64,000 nt of DNA from an uncultured Verrucomicrobiae bacterium (GTDB lineage Bacteria; Verrucomicrobiota; Verrucomicrobiia; Chthoniobacterales; UBA10450): the NCBI GenBank assembly GCA_963801815.1, contig CAWDGJ010000006.1, positions 94,416 through 158,415 on the forward strand, in the 5' to 3' direction. The notes beneath the pieces are model-generated. The model was not told the origin of the DNA. It did no database searches and saw only the letters and a program-made list of their open reading frames with translations. Shown piece after piece: positions 62,273-64,000 of the stretch. Both the position numbers and the translations under genes were made by a program. Numbering within the stretch: the stretch's first letter is position 1; each line of letters starts with the position of its first letter.

Positions 62273-64000
62273 ATGAAAAGACAATCCCCCCATGAACACG
62301 CAATCGCCTCCGTTACTCCGGTTTCATTCGAATTGTTTCGAATCCTAACGGATTCAACTTTTATTGTTCCATCGTTGACGCTCCAAAATGTCGATCGGAT
62401 CTCCAAACGGAAGTCGAGCGCCGCGAGGCCGCGTTGCCCCGCGGAGTCGCAGCAGTCGCGCGCGGCCAGGCTGCGATGCAGGCCAAAAATTATCGTCTGG
62501 CCCATGATGAATTTCGAACGGCGTTAAATTTTCTTCCCGACGCCGTCACTTCGGCCAAGGTGCACGATGATGCGCTAGCCGGATTTTGTGATAGCGGCAG
62601 TAAGCTCGCCGAACAGGACGTCGCTGACGGCAATTATGCCGATGCGGAATCGATCGTGCGCGAAGTCTTGGACGATCGCTACGATCCAAATTGCCGCCCG
62701 GCGTTGGACCTGCTCGCTCATCTGCAGCAGCCCGGCTACTTCAACAAGACGACCGGGCCGAAGTTTGTTGAAAAGGTCGAGGAAGTGAAACAACTGCTGG
62801 CCGACGCCCAGGGTTATTACGATACCGGCCGGTACGATCTCGCGTTCAAGAAATACGAACAAGTCCTGGCGATCGATCCTTACAACACCGCGGCGCGACG
62901 CGGCGAAGAGAAGATCGACAATACAAAATACAATTACGCGAGGAAGCCTACAACGAGACGCGCGCCCGCGCAGTTTGGCAGGTCGAAAAAGGTTGGGAAC
63001 AACCGGTCAAACAATACGGCAAGACTGTCGAGCCGCTGGCGGAGTCGTTTCAACGCGACGTGACCGGGACTGCCCGAATCACCCAAAAATTAAATTCGAT
63101 TATTATTCCGCGGGTCGAGTTTCGCGATGCAAGCGTTCGCGAAGCGATTGATTTTCTCCGTCAACAGGCCGCGGCCAACGATCCGAATCCCGATGAGAAG
63201 AAGGGTGTCGATATCGTCTTGCGTCTCGCTCCGCTCGGGCAAATCGGTGCCGCCTTCCATTTCGGTCGAGCCTGCGCAATCTAATCTACCGAACGGCGCC
63301 CCAGGAGCAGTGGCCGAGTCTGCGCCACCGAACGCGATGACGACACCAGTGGCGTCCCGACCAATGGTCGCTCCCGCAGTTGTGTCAGCATCAGCGGTCT
63401 CGCCTGCCGAAGCGCGTATCACCATTACGCTGAATCAGATTCCGCTGGGTGAAGCATTGCGTTACGTCGCGACTCAGGCCGGATTGAAAGTCAAAGTGGA
63501 ACCGTATGCCGTGTCGATCATTCCGATGACTGAGCAAAGTAGCGACTTAATTACTAAGGAATACCGTGTTCCGCCGGGATTTATAAGCACGAGTGTGAAC
63601 GTCGCGCCGTCGGCGCTTGAACAAGGAGCGTATAAAACCGCGACCGCTGTCGCACCGATTGCAGCGACTGGCGGTACAGGCAAGGACACCCAGGAGTCAA
63701 CCGGTGGTCATCAACTCGTCATGCGTGAAGGCGCGAAAGAATTCTTGGAGAGCCAGGGCGTGCCGTTTCCGACCGGCACGAGCGCGCATTTTCTTCCGCA
63801 AAGCAGTCGCCTGATCGTCCGCAACACGGCCGACAATCTCGAGCTCGTCGACGCGATCGTAGAACAGGCAAGCGTTGCGAGTCCGAAGCAAGTCGAGATC
63901 GAAGCAAAGTTCGTCGAGATTAACCAAAACAATTTGAAGGAACTCGGTTTTGACTGGCTGCTCGGGCAATTCAATATCGGAAATCACAAAGTTTTTGGAA
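62273..64000 (+). CDS. secretin (PilQ/GspD-like, Amuc_1098-like), frameshifted and 3'-truncated
   Basis: TPR region, KLNSIIIPRVEF STN-like domain, LIVRNT..NL and KQVEIEAKFVEI.Q..LKELGFDW. Confidence 0.8.

Overview
A 64 kb fragment of a bacterial chromosome, probably soil Verrucomicrobiota (Chthoniobacterales-like). This is inferred from an Amuc_1098-1101-type pilus cluster and mcsA-mcsB-clpC. The core genes are purM/purF/purL, tal, trmL, ilvE, mcsAB-clpC, xerC, mlaEFD, trpS, an hpnO-like aminotransferase and tRNA-Val(TAC). The main accessory signal is two integron-like gene-cassette arrays with no integron integrase in the window: about 21.55-29.0 kb (10-11 cassettes) and about 51.65-56.5 kb (7 cassettes). 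Their attC-like sites have a non-canonical 5/8-nt spacer. Most attC sites contain a mini-ORF that stops exactly on the TAG of the R' box. Both arrays begin with the same kind of palindromic leader, a candidate attI-equivalent. Cargo includes a CphA-like (subclass B2) metallo-beta-lactamase homologue with rewired metal ligands. The window also has two RAYT/Y1 transposases, several REP/REPIN-like palindrome families (two copies inserted in-frame in purL) and heptamer tandem repeats. Many indels at about 9-21 kb and 58-64 kb look like sequencing errors. Protein calls come from recognising motifs by eye; no database searches were run.
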